A stretch of 64,000 bases of DNA from the human T2T-CHM13v2.0 reference genome, Homo sapiens. Position 1 is the stretch's first letter, and every line of letters starts with the position of its first letter. Where the stretch lies: the NCBI RefSeq assembly GCF_009914755.1, contig NC_060927.1; one strand, 5' to 3'. Shown here one piece after another: positions 14,979 through 31,715 of the stretch. Below the pieces are notes generated by a model. That model saw nothing but the letters and a program-made list of their open reading frames with translations, made no database searches and had not been told where the DNA came from. Made by a program: the position numbers and the translations under genes.

Positions 14979-15277
14979 TTTTTTTTTTTTTTTTTAAGAG
15001 ATAGGGTCTCGCTCTGTTGCCCAGGCTGGAATACAGCAGTGCAATCATAGCTCACTGCAGCCTTGAACTTCTGGGCTCAAGAGATCCTCCAGTCTGTGTC
15101 CAGAGTAGCTGGGATTACAGGCATGTGCCACCATGCTCAGCTAATTTTTAATTTTTTTGTAGAGACAGGGTCTCATTATATTGCCCAGGCTGGTCTCAAA
15201 CTCCTGGCCTCAAGTGATCCTCTCACCTCAGCCTCCCAAAGTGCTGGGATTAGAGACATAGGCCACTGCGCTCAGCC
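14979..15277 (-). mobile_element. AluJ
   Basis: Antisense dimer with J-type features. Confidence 0.85.
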
Positions 15278-15328
15278 AAATTGCTAATTCTTAATTCTCA
15301 GCATTTATTAATAAATATTGCTAAATTC

Positions 15329-15610
15329 TTTTTTTTTTTTTTTTTTAAGACGGAGTCTCGCTCTGTCGCCCAGGCTGGAGTGCAGTGGGGTGCTCTCGGC
15401 TCACTGCAAGCTTCGCCTCCAAGGTTCACGCCATTCTCCTGCCTCAGCCTCCTGAGTAGCTGGGACTACAGGCACCTGCCACCACGCCCGGCTAATTTTT
15501 TGTATTTTTTAGTAGAGACAGGGTTTCACTGTATTAGCCAGGATGGTCTTGATCTCCTGACCTCGTGATCCACCCGTCTCGGCCTCCCGAAGTGCTGGGA
15601 TTACAGGCAT
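15329..15610 (-). mobile_element. AluY, slightly 5'-truncated, TSD tgctaaattcttt
   Basis: AluY diagnostics; repeated flank on both sides. Confidence 0.9.
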
Positions 15611-15679
15611 GCTAAATTCTTTAAAAAAAAATACACCCTTAAGAAATGTAAATATTTAAAGCAAAAAATACACTTTTAC

Positions 15680-16280
15680 AGCTTTGGAAAACTGCAATTC
15701 CTTTAAAAGTTAAATATATTCCTCACAATTCCGCTTCTAGGTATATATCCATGAGAAATAAAAACAAATGTCTACACAAAAACTTGTACACAAATGTACA
15801 CAGCAGCATTACTCACAACAGCTGAAAAGTAGACACAAGCCAAATGTCCATCAACTGATCAACAGATAAACAAAATGGTAGATCCACACGATGGAATATT
15901 ATCTGGCCATGAAAAAGAATGCAGTACTGATACATGGCTACATGGATGAATCTTGAAAACACTACACTAACTGAAAGAACCCAGACACAAGAAGCCACAT
16001 GTTATATGATTCCATTTACATAAAATGTCCAAAATGGACAAAGTAGATTAGTGGTGCCAAGGACTAAGGGGAAGAGGAAATGTAGGGGTTGGAGGAATAA
16101 GGAGTGGCCTACAATGTGTACGAGCTTTATTTTGAAGGTGATGAAAATGTTCTAGATTTTTTAGTGGTGATAGTTGCACAAACTTCTGAATATACTTAAA
16201 AGCTACTGAATTCTTTACTTTAAAAAGGTGAATTTACTTCCCATAATGTTATGTGGTAATATTTTATCTCAATAAAATTT
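15680..16280 (+). mobile_element. L1M 3' fragment
   Basis: ctaggtatatatcc...aatattatctggccat...ctcaataaaa. Confidence 0.7.
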
Positions 16281-16454
16281 TTAAGAAGTTTTCTCCCACC
16301 CTAGACACCCAATCTCATTCCTCAAAGACAAACACTGTTTATAATTTCTTTATATTCTTTCAAAGATTGTTAGGCATATAATTAGCATATAAATACACTG
16401 CATTTGGGGTGTTTCTAGTCCACAGTTTTTTTAAACAATGCCACATCAAACATC

Positions 16455-16725
16455 TTCAGTTACAAAATTTCGGTTAGCTAAGAGGAATACATTGAAGAGA
16501 TCTAATGTACAACATGGTGACTGTTGTTAATAACAATACTGTGTGATCTTGAAAAAAACAAAGAGAGTAGATTTTAAGTGTTCTCACTGCAAAAATGACA
16601 ACTATGTGAGGTTCTAATGTTAACTAGCTTGATTTGGCCATTCCACATGCATATATATTTCAAAACATCATGCTGGAAATGATAAATATATACAATTCAT
16701 CTGTCAATTTAAAAATTAAATAAAT
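16455..16725 (+). mobile_element. L1MA-type 3' end fragment
   Basis: gatctaatgtacaacatggtgact...gtagattttaagtgttctcac. Confidence 0.7.
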
Positions 16726-16726
16726 A

Positions 16727-18339
<1,613 letters not shown>

Positions 18340-18871
18340 TTAAATTTACTTCCAGTAAATTTGTTTGTATGCATATTCTCTTCTATTTAATCCATGATCT
18401 TCTAGTGTTCAGTAATCAAATCTTCATTTGGATTAATTCTGGTAATTTATTACTGCTAATATGTGTAATTAGCAAAGATCAGCTAATTTGTAAATTGGTT
18501 TTTGTGAGGGGAATGGATAAGAGGAAAGGTTTAGAAAAGGAGAATAAAACTTAGAACTATGTATGGGGGAATGTGGTATCTTTGGACAGTACAACTTGTC
18601 CCAGGCAAAAAGCAAAATAAGACAAAATTTGGCCATTATATTGGCCCCAAATTCTATAGGCTCCATCTGAATATTTTGGTTGGTTTTCTCACTATAAAAT
18701 ATGGTAAATATGGGTACATAAAGGTCCGTGTATGCTGGTAGGAGCGGTAGAAAAAATTTGGGCATGTTTAGTATATAATATTCTGTGCCTTTTTTTTATG
18801 CTTGAAAGATTTCCCCAAAAGAATCTGTTTTAAGTGGTATAAATGCCTACCAGTGTCTGCATGTAAGATCC

Positions 18872-19001
18872 TTATCCAGCTGCTTGTTTGGAGCCTGCTG
18901 CAGGGGGTACAAGGCTGTCCAGCTGTTGGCGATGTCCTGTATTAATCAACCATTCATAAAACTTGTTCTCTACCAGTACCTGGAACTGCTTCCTTTGATC
19001 C
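18872..19001 (-). CDS. TBCCD1: TBCCD1 last coding exon (DQRKQFQVLVENKFYEW...KQAAG*)
   Basis: tttag| acceptor and TAA stop; CDS total 1674 nt = 557 aa plus stop; exon continues to a donor after 18851. Confidence 0.93.
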
Positions 19002-19383
19002 CTAAAATTGCGATTATGAGTAAAAAGAATATAAGAACATGAATTCATATAAATTGTACTCTAAGCAATTATACAATATTTTAATAGGATAATGTTAAAT
19101 GATTAATTATTTCTTGTTATCCTTTTGTTCTCACTGTTCAGAGTACACTGGACACCCCCACCCCACAAAGGATTGATCAGATACAATGTCCTCTTTCTAC
19201 TTTTTCATTGTCAGATATTTACCAAGGACCAAGTGAACACTGGGTACTGTTCTGACTGATGGGGATAAATGTATAGAGAAGAGACAAGGCCCCTGTTGAA
19301 GCAGGATGACACTTCACGACTCCAGAGGGCACCATTCACATTGTGATCTGTGTAATCCATGCTCCTGAAGACTATATATTCTA

Positions 19384-19814
<431 letters not shown>

Positions 19815-19989
19815 TTATTTCAGAGAAAGAATGGAGAGAGATGGCCTCCCTAAGATAATATTTGAGCTTAGGTCTAAATGAAATGATGGAATAAGCAGAA
19901 TGAGTATTTGGAGAGGAATATACCAGGCAGAAGAGACCAAAAAAGTACAAAGGTTCCAAAGTGAGAGCGTATTTCACATGTTCATGATA

Positions 19990-20592
19990 AGAAAGAGAAG
20001 AGTAGCTCCTGACAGCCAGGAGCTAGCCTAGCACTGTCAGCTAGGCCTTGGTGTAGGATCTGGACTTGCTATTGTATTCTTTTGTTGAACATAAACAATA
20101 CCTTAAACCACCACCATTAGACAAAGCCACTCTGGGATGATGATAGACCAAAGAAAGAACAAGATCACTCCGTAATCGTATCTCAGTTCAGAAACCCCCA
20201 CACCAACCTCCAAAAAAATGTTGTGACCCAAACCATAAAATCACTAAACATTCCTTTCCTGGAGGAGTGGCTACTTCTTTACAATTATAGTTTTAGCTCT
20301 TCCTTCCTTCCTCCTGCCTTAGATATAAAAGTTATTAAACTGTCAAATCACACATTACTCTCACTTCCAGATAGTCCTGCTTCCTAGAACTCTCCCCCAA
20401 ATCATTAACACAAGCCAAAATCCAACGATAAGTTCCTTTTAACACCTGTTTACTGAGTTGAAACACAGTTTTCCATGTTCCCCAACCTTTTACTGAGATG
20501 AAACACACTTCTCTCCCTCCTTGCCATGAGTCAACACAATCCACCTTTGTTCTATAGATGTGTTCCTGGTGGTCTTTGGTCAGAGGGCAGTG
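19990..20592 (+). mobile_element. Solo LTR (LTR47/ERVL-like) inserted in an L2 fragment (~19745-20795)
   Basis: cagctaggccttggtg...gttgaacataaacaat and gtgttcctggtggtctttgg motifs; L2-like flanks. Confidence 0.5.
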
Positions 20593-20983
20593 ATTAAGTA
20601 ATAGTAAGATGACTGCTGTATGCCGGGAAGGAGGAAATGAGGAAAAGAACGGCAGAAATTGAGGAAGAGAGAGCCTGGTAAGTATGGTAAAGGCTTTGGA
20701 TTTTATTTGAAGTATGATGGGAGGCCATTAGAGGGGTCAGAGCAGGGAAATGACATGATGTAATCACTGTTAAAAGGGTCACACTGGCAATTTGTTTCAA
20801 ACTGATTTCTGTCTTCCTATATTCCCAAAGTTAAACTGACTACTTTCATTGTTTCTGGGATCACTGTGGATCTCACCACTTGAAAACACTGACTCAGAGT
20901 CAGCATTTATTAAGTGCTTACATCCCACAGTCTGCACATGTATATGCAGGAGCTTTTCACATGTAAGAGAATCTAAGCACTTC

Positions 20984-21019
20984 ATCGTTTCTTGGCCTTT
21001 TGGCTGAGATCAAGTGTAG
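20984..21019 (+). pseudogene. 3'-truncated U2 snRNA retropseudogene (U2 nt 1-36)
   Basis: 33/36 identity to ATCGCTTCTCGGCCTTTTGGCTAAGATCAAGTGTAG; flanked by ~17-bp direct repeats. Confidence 0.88.
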
Positions 21020-21557
21020 AGAATCTAACCATTTAAATACTAGAACCATTCAAACAACAGAACTGCTTTAAAAGAATGTTTTTTCATGATCATCCATTTT
21101 TACAACACATTATTATAATGTTATTATTGTACAGTATGATATGGTATGACAATATTTGAAAGAAAACAATGAAGACATTAGAGGCATTTAAGAACCTCTG
21201 GTTACTGAGAAGTCAGAACAGAGAAAAAAAAAGAACCTCTGGAACCAGGTTGATTAGGTGTGAATCCTGGCTCCTGTGTGACTTTGGGTAAAGTACTTAA
21301 TTCCTCAGTTCTTCGGTTTCCTCACCTGTAATAAGGTGTTATTACAAAGAATAAATGAGTTAGCACATAGAAGGTGCCTAGAATGGTATTGGATTATGTG
21401 GCATACTCTATGTATGATTTTTTAAATTCATGTAAGTCTTATATTTGCCAACTAAACTTTAGCTTCTTAAGAAAAGGGAGTCTAATACTGGATATTTACC
21501 CACTCCCATCCCCAACCTAACAGTGTTTGAAATACTAATTTGAAATCCAAACCTTAA

Positions 21558-21869
<312 letters not shown>

Positions 21870-21975
21870 TTACATTTTTTATTACTTTAGCACAGCTGTA
21901 AAAATGTGCAGACTAATTTGTTTCTCCATGGAGTTTCACAAAAAACACAAACTGTTACTTGTAAAAAATACTCAC

Positions 21976-22473
21976 TTTGTCAAATGAGCCTCCTTCACAG
22001 TTTTCTGCCAGATCTGTATCTTCTGTTCTCTTTGACCCAGTGCTTTCTGATATACAGATGGAAGACCCCCGGGTATCTCTGTTGTGTCCCCTTCCATTTC
22101 AAAGGGAATAATAAATACATAGAATTCACAAGGTGGTAAAAGCTGGAAGACTCTTGTGTCGCTGTTCTCTCTGCACACAACCATTGGATTATCCCAATAG
22201 TTAGGCACTGTAGCAAGGCCAGTCCTGGCCATATGGTCCTCTAGCATTGGGTAATGTGTATGAAAAGGGGCAAAAGTTACTGTCTGGTTCCCAGAGAGAA
22301 TAAGTGGGCGTGTAGGCGTAAGAACGTGAAAGATGCAACCTGTTGTAGAAGAGATGGACAAACGATGGCAAACAGCAATGACTTTAACATTGTCACAACT
22401 GTGGAGGTGAAGTGTAGTCCCTACAGGGCCCAAGACAAAGATGCTATTCCTGCACTTCTCAATTGTCACAGAT
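21976..22473 (-). CDS. TBCCD1: TBCCD1 coding exon, C-CAP/cofactor-C-like beta-helix region (SVTIEKCRNSIFVLGPV...)
   Basis: ttcag| acceptor and AA|gtgagt donor; 498 nt within ORF 21972..22553; TBCC/CAP-type repeats. Confidence 0.95.
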
Positions 22474-22619
22474 CTGAAAAAAGGAAAAAATGAGGTAAAG
22501 TCCTCTGAATAAGATTTTAAAAATTTGACTAAAATATTATTATCTGATGGCAAAAAAAGAATCAGTCACAGTCCAAAGAAAATGTCAGAACATCAGAACA
22601 CCATGAAAACTGTGCTTAC

Positions 22620-22806
22620 CGTAAGGGAGAGAGCAGATATATAAAAGATTCGTTGCAACGATGAATCTTTACATGTGCCCCCGCCAGAGTGTCTGAGCTC
22701 TTAGCCAGTGTCTGCTTGTAAACCTGGCTCATCACTACCAGTCGGTGCATCCTAGGGGCCACATGAGTATTACAAGCAATCTTAGCTCTTTTGGTGGTCC
22801 CTTCAA
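22620..22806 (-). CDS. TBCCD1: TBCCD1 coding exon (VEGTTKRAKIAC...IYLLSPLR)
   Basis: aatag| acceptor and CG|gtaagc donor; 187 nt; phases fit neighbouring exons; missing from the ORF track. Confidence 0.92.
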
Positions 22807-23260
22807 CTATTTAAGAAAACATATAAATAGATGAGGCAGTATCAAATCAAAGAAAAACAAACAAACATATGAGGTTACACGTCTACATGTATATATGTCT
22901 CAAATTAGATACCACATGTAGGGACAAAAACGTTAGATCTGGGCTTTGGATAGAGGTATTTGCTATACTATTCTCTATTCCTTTCTGTATGTTTGGAATT
23001 TTCATTTTTGTTATAAAAAAAATTTTAAAACCTATAATGAATTTAAGATTGCCTATAAGTCTAAGATACTTTTTCGTGTCTACGCTTCAAGTTAAGGTCT
23101 ATGCCTAAGGTCATATGGCTAGTAAGTGGCAAAGCTGTCCTAACTCAAATATCTTCTCCTCCAAGATGCTTTACTTTATCATCCCAAACGTAATTCACCT
23201 CTCTAAATTACCATAATATTAATTCTGTACCCTTCCTAACTTACCACATTATCCCATTAA

Positions 23261-23573
<313 letters not shown>

Positions 23574-24130
23574 TGAGTTCATGTCTTTACTCCTAAGATC
23601 ATTACTACCTGAGAGCACATCTTCCTATCCCACACAGTGTGTTGCACAAACTGACACTCAAAAAATACGCGCAGGTTCTCCTAACACAGTCACACCGTTA
23701 CGTGACTGCCTTCTCAGACTGTACCTCCCTGCAAGCCACCGGGACACCCTTGTAAACAACACCGCTGAAATACTGGGAGGTCACATGAGTATGCTATTAT
23801 TCTTCTTCTTTTAAAACATTTCTTGTTTATTTTTATTACATACGTTTACTTTTATTACACATGTACCAGGTACATAATATATGGTTATTTAGAAAAATAA
23901 CAGTAAAAGAAGATAAAAATAATTTGTAATCCTACTATCATTTTTAATATTTTAGTATAATCCTTGAGAGAAAAAGTCATGCACAAAAGACAGATGTTCC
24001 TTTTTCTCTTTTATAGGAGCAGTATTTTTTAGGTCTTCTAGAGAAGACACGAGATCACTAATATATTAGAAAACACTAGGTTCCTTAAGTTGTCATTCAA
24101 TTTAATGTAGATTAAAATATTAAAAAATAC

Positions 24131-24497
24131 CTTGATGAGCCCAAGCCAATTTCTTTCCAGACTTGAGGCAAGCTGATGTACCAAATGGATTCCCAGTCAA
24201 ACAGGACCTCAACCAGGTTTCCAGTTTGTAGAAAGAGAAAGTCTTAGAGATCTTTGAGAAGCCACTATCTGCATGCAGTGGTTGCCACAGTGCAAGTTCA
24301 TGAAGTGGATAGATCTTCCTGGCTCTACTTATTGTACCTTCAATAAGGAAGCTGAGCGCCACAACAGCTTCTCGAGACACTAGACTACTATGGGTTGAAT
24401 GAAATGATGCAGTGAGTTGTTTTGGATCTAAAAGCAGCTCGAGGAGATCAGACAGATGATCATAGACAAAAGCTTGGTGACTGTAATCATTCCAGTT
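24131..24497 (-). CDS. TBCCD1: TBCCD1 coding exon (NWNDYSHQAF...KLAWAHQ)
   Basis: poly-T ag| acceptor and G|gtattt donor; 367 nt; contains ORF 24120..24380. Confidence 0.93.
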
Positions 24498-26138
24498 CTA
24501 AAAAAAAGTTAAAAGAAAGCACTCTTAATAAAGAGATTCCACAAGATCTAAAATTTCTATATTTTAATTATTTTGTATTTATACTCTGCCTCATCCCCCA
24601 AAAGGAATTAGGTAGTTATATAAACCTTATAAAGGTGATCCGCCCGGCTTGGCCTCAGAATTTCTAATCCCTTAGAATTCCAGTTCATTAACAAGCATGA
24701 TGGCTATTCCAGTCCCAATGTCAAATGCGTTTTTAGTTCAAACACCTATCACCAATGCATAATTTCTTCCTGGGGGAACTGACTGGCCCAGGTCGTCACT
24801 TTAAATCTGGCCAATTTCAAATGTATAGCAATAAATGGGCTACTCAAGTGTCCACCCCGGTCCAATCAGTTACTCAGAGAGGTCGTGCTGTAGTATAAAC
24901 CAAAGTCACCATTTATTGGTGCTTACTATGCAATAAGTCCCATGCTAATATATTACTGAAGTCTCATAGTCATTCAGAAACATGCATTATTATCCTCACT
25001 TACAGAAGGGAAGCCAAGGCCTAGAGAAGTTAACTGACTTGCCTAAAATCGTATGACTAAATGATAATAAATGATAGAGGCAGAAATGAATGGAGGCTAC
25101 CTTGGCTCAAAACACCATCTCCTAACAGTGCCCATTCTGCAGGAACTACATGTGGAGAGAGAGGTAGTGACTGGTATCTCTCATACATCTGGGCTTGAAC
25201 ATTCTGAATTTAAGCTATAGCTAGGGCATCTATATAAAGCGGTAACTATAAAGCAAGAGCTCTGGGAAGGACACAAAGTTGGGAGTCACTGAGATATATG
25301 AAGTCGTAGGAATATAAAGAATTACATTGAATGAATAAGTTAAGAGAGAAGGGAAAATTGACCCAGACAGAATAGCTGCTTGTAAGGGCCAGGGGAGAGA
25401 AATTTATGAAAGAAAGTGAGAAGAGAGAGTTAGAAGCAAAACCAAGAGTAATAGCATCATGGAATATAAAGGAGGAGAGACTTATTAAAAAGGAGATTAG
25501 AAAAGTTCCAAATAGCAAAGAGATATTTTTTCTTAGCTTTAGAACATTTTTAAAGAGCTTGTACATGGCATTAATACTGAGGCCTACATTTTACTTAAAG
25601 TTTTTCAATATACTTACACAAGAACAAGTAAAAATATTTTGGTTTTCTTTACAAAAACAGAAAGAAAAAAGCAATAAGACATCCTCTAAAATTCACAATG
25701 TGAGGCAGTTAAATTTAGCTTCTGGGTTGTCACGTATGTAATTACTTAAACAACATGAGAAGATATTTTTATAATTTTTTTCAGTAGATTTCAAAAGATT
25801 TTGCAAGCACTCCATCTTCTTGATGCTCCTTAGTCACATAAGTTGATTCGCATTGATTGACATGTTGAAAACGGCAGTGCTAATTGAACATAGTGATGAT
25901 CTGCCCACAAATCAGCAAGTGGTTTTCCTACCAGTGAAGGCACTGCAACCAGTTCTCTATTGTGATTAAGACTGTACACACTGATTTTGTTTTATAATTT
26001 AAAAAAAAAGTGAAAAACAAAACAAGCCATCAAATCACTGGCTTATGTAAGAAATCTCATCATAATTTTTAATGCAAGTGAACCATCTCCCACACAAATT
26101 GTCCCTTTTAGAGAATGAGATCAAGATATAAGGAGTAC

Positions 26139-26294
26139 CTTATTATGACAATTAGATTTTTCAGTCAGGTCAGGAGACTGAGATTTGTTTCTGGGACTGG
26201 GCCACTCTTCGCCAATCAAAGATGTCCTTAGGGAGACCTTGTTCAACTGTTGAATGTATAAGAAGAGCAGAAACTGTAGCGTGTCCACTGAAAG
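26139..26294 (-). CDS. TBCCD1: TBCCD1 coding exon (LSVDTLQFLLFLY...SNCHNK)
   Basis: gacag| acceptor and AAG|gtactc donor; 156 nt; phase 0/0. Confidence 0.93.
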
Positions 26295-26459
26295 CTGTCC
26301 AAGAAGAAAATAAAAGATGAATAGACGTTTTAAAACATCAACCACTAGTCTAACAACTAAGTAGACATAGTAAATTCACAAGTTGGCTGATCCTAAAAAA
26401 ACCAACTTAGAAACATTGCCAGTTTTGATATGTATGTCTCTGGTACCCAGATGTAAGAG

Positions 26460-26766
<307 letters not shown>

Positions 26767-29229
26767 AAGAGTTCCTAAAACTAATTAAAGTGGAATAATT
26801 TACCTTCACAGAAAGCTGTATAACATCTATGGCTATAGAAATTATCTCTCAAAACTGATGAAAGGATGTAGTACATACTTTAAGTACATTATTTCAGAAG
26901 TTTAAACTTACAATTTAAAAAAAACCAACCTTAGTAATTTGAATAAATAAGTAGATGGAAGTAAGAAAGAAGAAAATTCAGTTAAGACAGAGGTCTAACT
27001 TAAGACTCACAAACCTGTCAAGAAAGTTTAGGATACCAGTGCAATACCTGAAATTGTATGTAATTTTTTGGTATATGTGCATTTTTCAAGGGAGTAGGCC
27101 TCAGGTTTTCAGCAAATTCTTAAAGGGGTGTTTCACTTAAAGACAAAAACACTGTTGGTCTGATAGATGTATAGTCATTTCTTATTCAAGGAAGGGTGTG
27201 GTTGAAGCTCACGACTTGAAGCCCCTGATTACCCTCATCTACCCACCCCCATACAGGAGAGGCAAAAAAGTAAAGTAATACATCTGGGTCTACAGCTATA
27301 TTCACCCTGATTCCCAACCTGGCTAAAAACACTATCATCTGAGAAACTTAAAAGTACAGATTCTCAGGATCACCCAGACCTATTTAATCAACTAACAATG
27401 TGAAGCCCCATGAATTTGTATATTTTATAAATTTTTACTTTCTTAATTGAACTTCTGAGATAACTGTAGATTGAGATATAGTTGTGAGAATTCACACAGA
27501 AAGATCCCATGTACCCTTTACCCGCCTTGCCAAACTATAGGACAATATCACAATCAGGATATTGACACCGATACAGTCAAGATACGAGAACATTTCCATC
27601 AACAGAACAATCTCTCATGTTGCCCTTCTACAGCCATATGCACTTCTCTGTCCCACTCACCCCTTCTTAGGCCCTTAGCAACCACTTACTTGTTCTCCAT
27701 CTCTATAATTTTATTATTTCAAGAACATTAGGTAAATAGAATCATATAGTATGTAACCTCTTGGGATTGGCTTTTTTCACTAAGTGTAATTCCCTGATTT
27801 TATATATACTTCCATTTTAAACAATTATTTGTTACATTATCATTATTTCTTCATGGAGACTATAGGATCCTTGCCTTTTCCATTTTTATACTCCTAGTAA
27901 CTAGCAAAGCATCTGGTACATAAAAAGCACTCAAAAAATCTGGAACTTCCTGAAGGTTTTATTCATCTCTATATGCCCAGCATCCACTACTATACCGAGT
28001 ACATAGTAGATAATAAATATTTGATTAATGAATAAATGTACTGCCCTTTCCCTCTTCATTGCTTGATAAACTTTTCAATTTCCAAAACGTTGTTTAGATA
28101 TGACCCTATAAGGCAGAGACTGCTAGATGCTTACTACTTTTTTTCTTCTTCCTGGGTATGTAATTAGATGGCATTTCCCATCTTCCTTTGGAGTTAGATA
28201 TGGCATAAATGAATTACAGCAACTGAATGTGAATGAATTTATCTTTATCACTTTCAAGCCTAATAATAAAACTCTCAAAAGAAATGAAAGCAAAAGGACT
28301 CTGAGGCCCCAGTGGGCATGGCTGTGGCAAATTGTATTATTATTTACTATTGCTCACTTTCAAATTCTCTAAGAGGCTTATACAGCCCTACCCATGGCCA
28401 TGGGATTTTCCTTATCTCCTGAAAGGTGGTTTACCTTCCCATCTTCATGGGAATAATGCCTTAGCCAATGGAATAAAAGTAGTCTTAGTTTATGTCAAAT
28501 CTGAGCAAAAGTTTTAAGAGGCATCATGAGTCCAGAAACAAACTCACACATATATGGTCAACTAATTTTCCACAAGGGTGTCAAGAATACAAAACGCAGA
28601 ATAGTCTCTTCAATAAATGATGCTGAGAAAACTGGATCTACAAATGCAAAAGAATGAAATTGGGACCATAGCTTATACCATACACAATCAACTCAAAATG
28701 GAGGAAAGACTTAAATGTAAGGGGTGAAATGGTAAAACTCCTAGAGAAAAATAAGGAAAAAGCTCCTTGACATTGGTCTTGGTAATGATTGTTTGGATAT
28801 GACACCAAAAGCACAGGCAACCAATGCAAAAATAAGTTGAATTATATCAAACTAAAAAGCTTCTGCACAACTAAGGAAACAATCAACAGAAGAAAAGGTA
28901 AACCATGTATCTGGTAAGGGGTTAATATCGAAAATATATAATGAACTCCTGCAGCTCAATAGCAAGAAAAACCAAATAACCTAATTAAAAAATGGACTAT
29001 GGACCTGAATAGACATTTCTCCAATGAAGACATACAAATGGCCAACAGGTATACGAAAAGGTGCTCAACATCACTACTCATTAGAGAAATATAAAGCAAA
29101 ACCACAATGAGATATCACCTCACACTTGTTAACAAAAGATTAACAAGTATTAGTAAGGATGTGAAGAAAAGGGAACCCTGGTACACTGTCAGTGAGAATG
29201 TAAACTGGTACAGCCATTATAAAAAATAG

Positions 29230-29530
29230 GGCCGGGCGCGGTGGCTCACGCCTGTAATCCCAGCACTTTGGGAGGCCGAGGCAGGCGGATCATGAGGTCA
29301 GGAGATTGAGACCATCCTGGCTAACATGGTGAACCCCATCTCTATTAAAAAATACACAAAACTAGCCGGGCATGGTGGTGGGTGCCTGTAGTCCCAGCTA
29401 CTCAGGAGGCTGAGGCAGGAGAATGGTGTGAACCTGGGAGGTGGAGCTTGCAATGAGCTGAGATCGCGCCACCGCGCTCCAGCCTGGGCGACAGAGCGAG
29501 ACTCCGTCTCAAAAAAAAAATAAATAAATA
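29230..29530 (+). mobile_element. AluY inside L1
   Basis: Full dimer with Y diagnostics. Confidence 0.9.
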
Positions 29531-29765
29531 GTATAGTGGTTTCTCAAAAAATAAAAAAGAGAACTACCATACGATCTAGCAATCCCACTTCTGGGTATTT
29601 ATCCAAAGGAATTGAAATCAGGATCCTGCAAATACCTGCACTCCCATGTTCATTGCAGCATTATTGATAATGGCCAAGATATGGAAGCAGCCTAAATGTC
29701 CACAGATGGATGACTAGATAAAGAAAACTTGGCATGCATATATAATGGAGTACCATTTGGCCTTA

Positions 29766-30072
<307 letters not shown>

Positions 30073-31502
30073 ACAGAAAGAGAGAGAAATCCTGCCATTT
30101 TCAACAACATGGATGGACCTGGAGGACATTATGCTAAGTAAAACACGCCAGACACAGAAAGACAAAGCTATGTAATCTCACTTATATGTGGAATCTAAAA
30201 TAGTCAAACTCATAAAAACAGACAGAAGGGTGACTGACAAGGGCTAGGAGGAGGGGGAAATGGGGAGGTTGATGGTCAAAGGCTACAAAGTTTCCGTTAT
30301 GCAAGAAAATTAAGTTCTGAAGATCTACTCTACAGCATACCGCCTAGAGATAACAATTACATGTTGTATACTTAAAATTCTCTAAGACAGTAGATCTTAT
30401 GTTAAGTGTTCTTAACAGATACACACACAAAATAACAAGCATAAAAGAGGAGGGGGAACCTATGGGGGGTGATGGGTATGTCTATGTCCTTGACGGTCAT
30501 GATGGTTTCACAGCATATACTTATCCCCAAACTGATTGAGCTGTATACATAAAATAAGAATTTAAAAAGAGACATCATGAGTTTCCTCCATTCTGTTGAT
30601 CTTCCCTTCTGTTATAAGAATGGGAATGATCTACACAGAAGCTATTTCTTTAGCCTGTGTCCCTAAATGGGGAAACACGGAGCCTGGACAAATGCCATAG
30701 CAAAAATGAAGCCCACATGTAAAATGGGCAAGAAATAAACCTTTTCCCCTGTAAGCCACTGGAATTTCATTTGTTTGTTCTTAATGAATGAAATCAGCTT
30801 TTAACAAAGCTGATTAACAGTGACTCCAAGTGATAGAAGCATGGATCCCTGGTCATCGCTTGGATGACAGCAGCCCAGAGATTTGTCCAACCAGGAGCAA
30901 CTGTGTTAGATTGCTGCCTGAATGAGAAATAAACTGTTACTGTTCTAAGCCACTGAAATACTGGGTTGTCTATTACTATAATCAGCCTACTTGATTAATA
31001 TACTTTCTCTGTGAAGTCTTTCCTTATCACTGAAATAAATCATTCTTTATTCAATTTCTGTACTTTGTGTATTCTTTTATTATACATATCACACTATTAA
31101 ATAGCATCTTTTTTTAATACCAGCTTCCTCTACTAGTCCATAAGCTCCATGAGGGTTGAGATGCTATCCTAATCATCTTTGAATCCCATCATGTAGCAGA
31201 TGTTCATTTTAAAATAGTCAGGTGCTCTGACTGTAACATATCAGTTGTTCATAACACTCATTCACCCCAAAATCTTTTTAAAGTCAGTAAAATATTTCCC
31301 TTTTTCAATAACAGGGTCTCTGTAACATTACTGCTTTGGGAGTAGGTGAGTAAGGTCTGGTAAGTAAGGACTAATTCATTGAATACATGAAATACTGCCA
31401 AACTGGAACTACTAAAACTCAAATGATAACTTGAGATTACAATGGCCATTAGCCTAAAACCTAAAATTTTACAGCTAATACAAAAATTAAGAATGGTTTA
31501 TT

Positions 31503-31625
31503 GGGCCAGACATGGTGGCTCATGCCTGTAATCCTAACATTTTGGGAGGCCGAGGCAGGAAGACTGCTTGAAGCCGGGAGTTCAAGACCAGCCTGGGCAA
31601 CAAAGTGAAACTCTGTTTCTATCTA
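31503..31625 (+). mobile_element. FLAM/left Alu monomer
   Basis: Single left arm. Confidence 0.8.
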
Positions 31626-31715
31626 AAAATTGTAATAAGCAAAAACATTTTTTAATTTAAAAAAGAATGGTTTCTTTCCAAAAGTAATTAAGTATACACA
31701 CATATCAATCCGTAC

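Noticed and set aside
25893-25984. C box (GTGATGA) ... D box (CTGA) snoRNA-like arrangement
   Set aside because: On the plus strand, antisense to the host TBCCD1 intron; weak terminal stem; no guide sequence recognised
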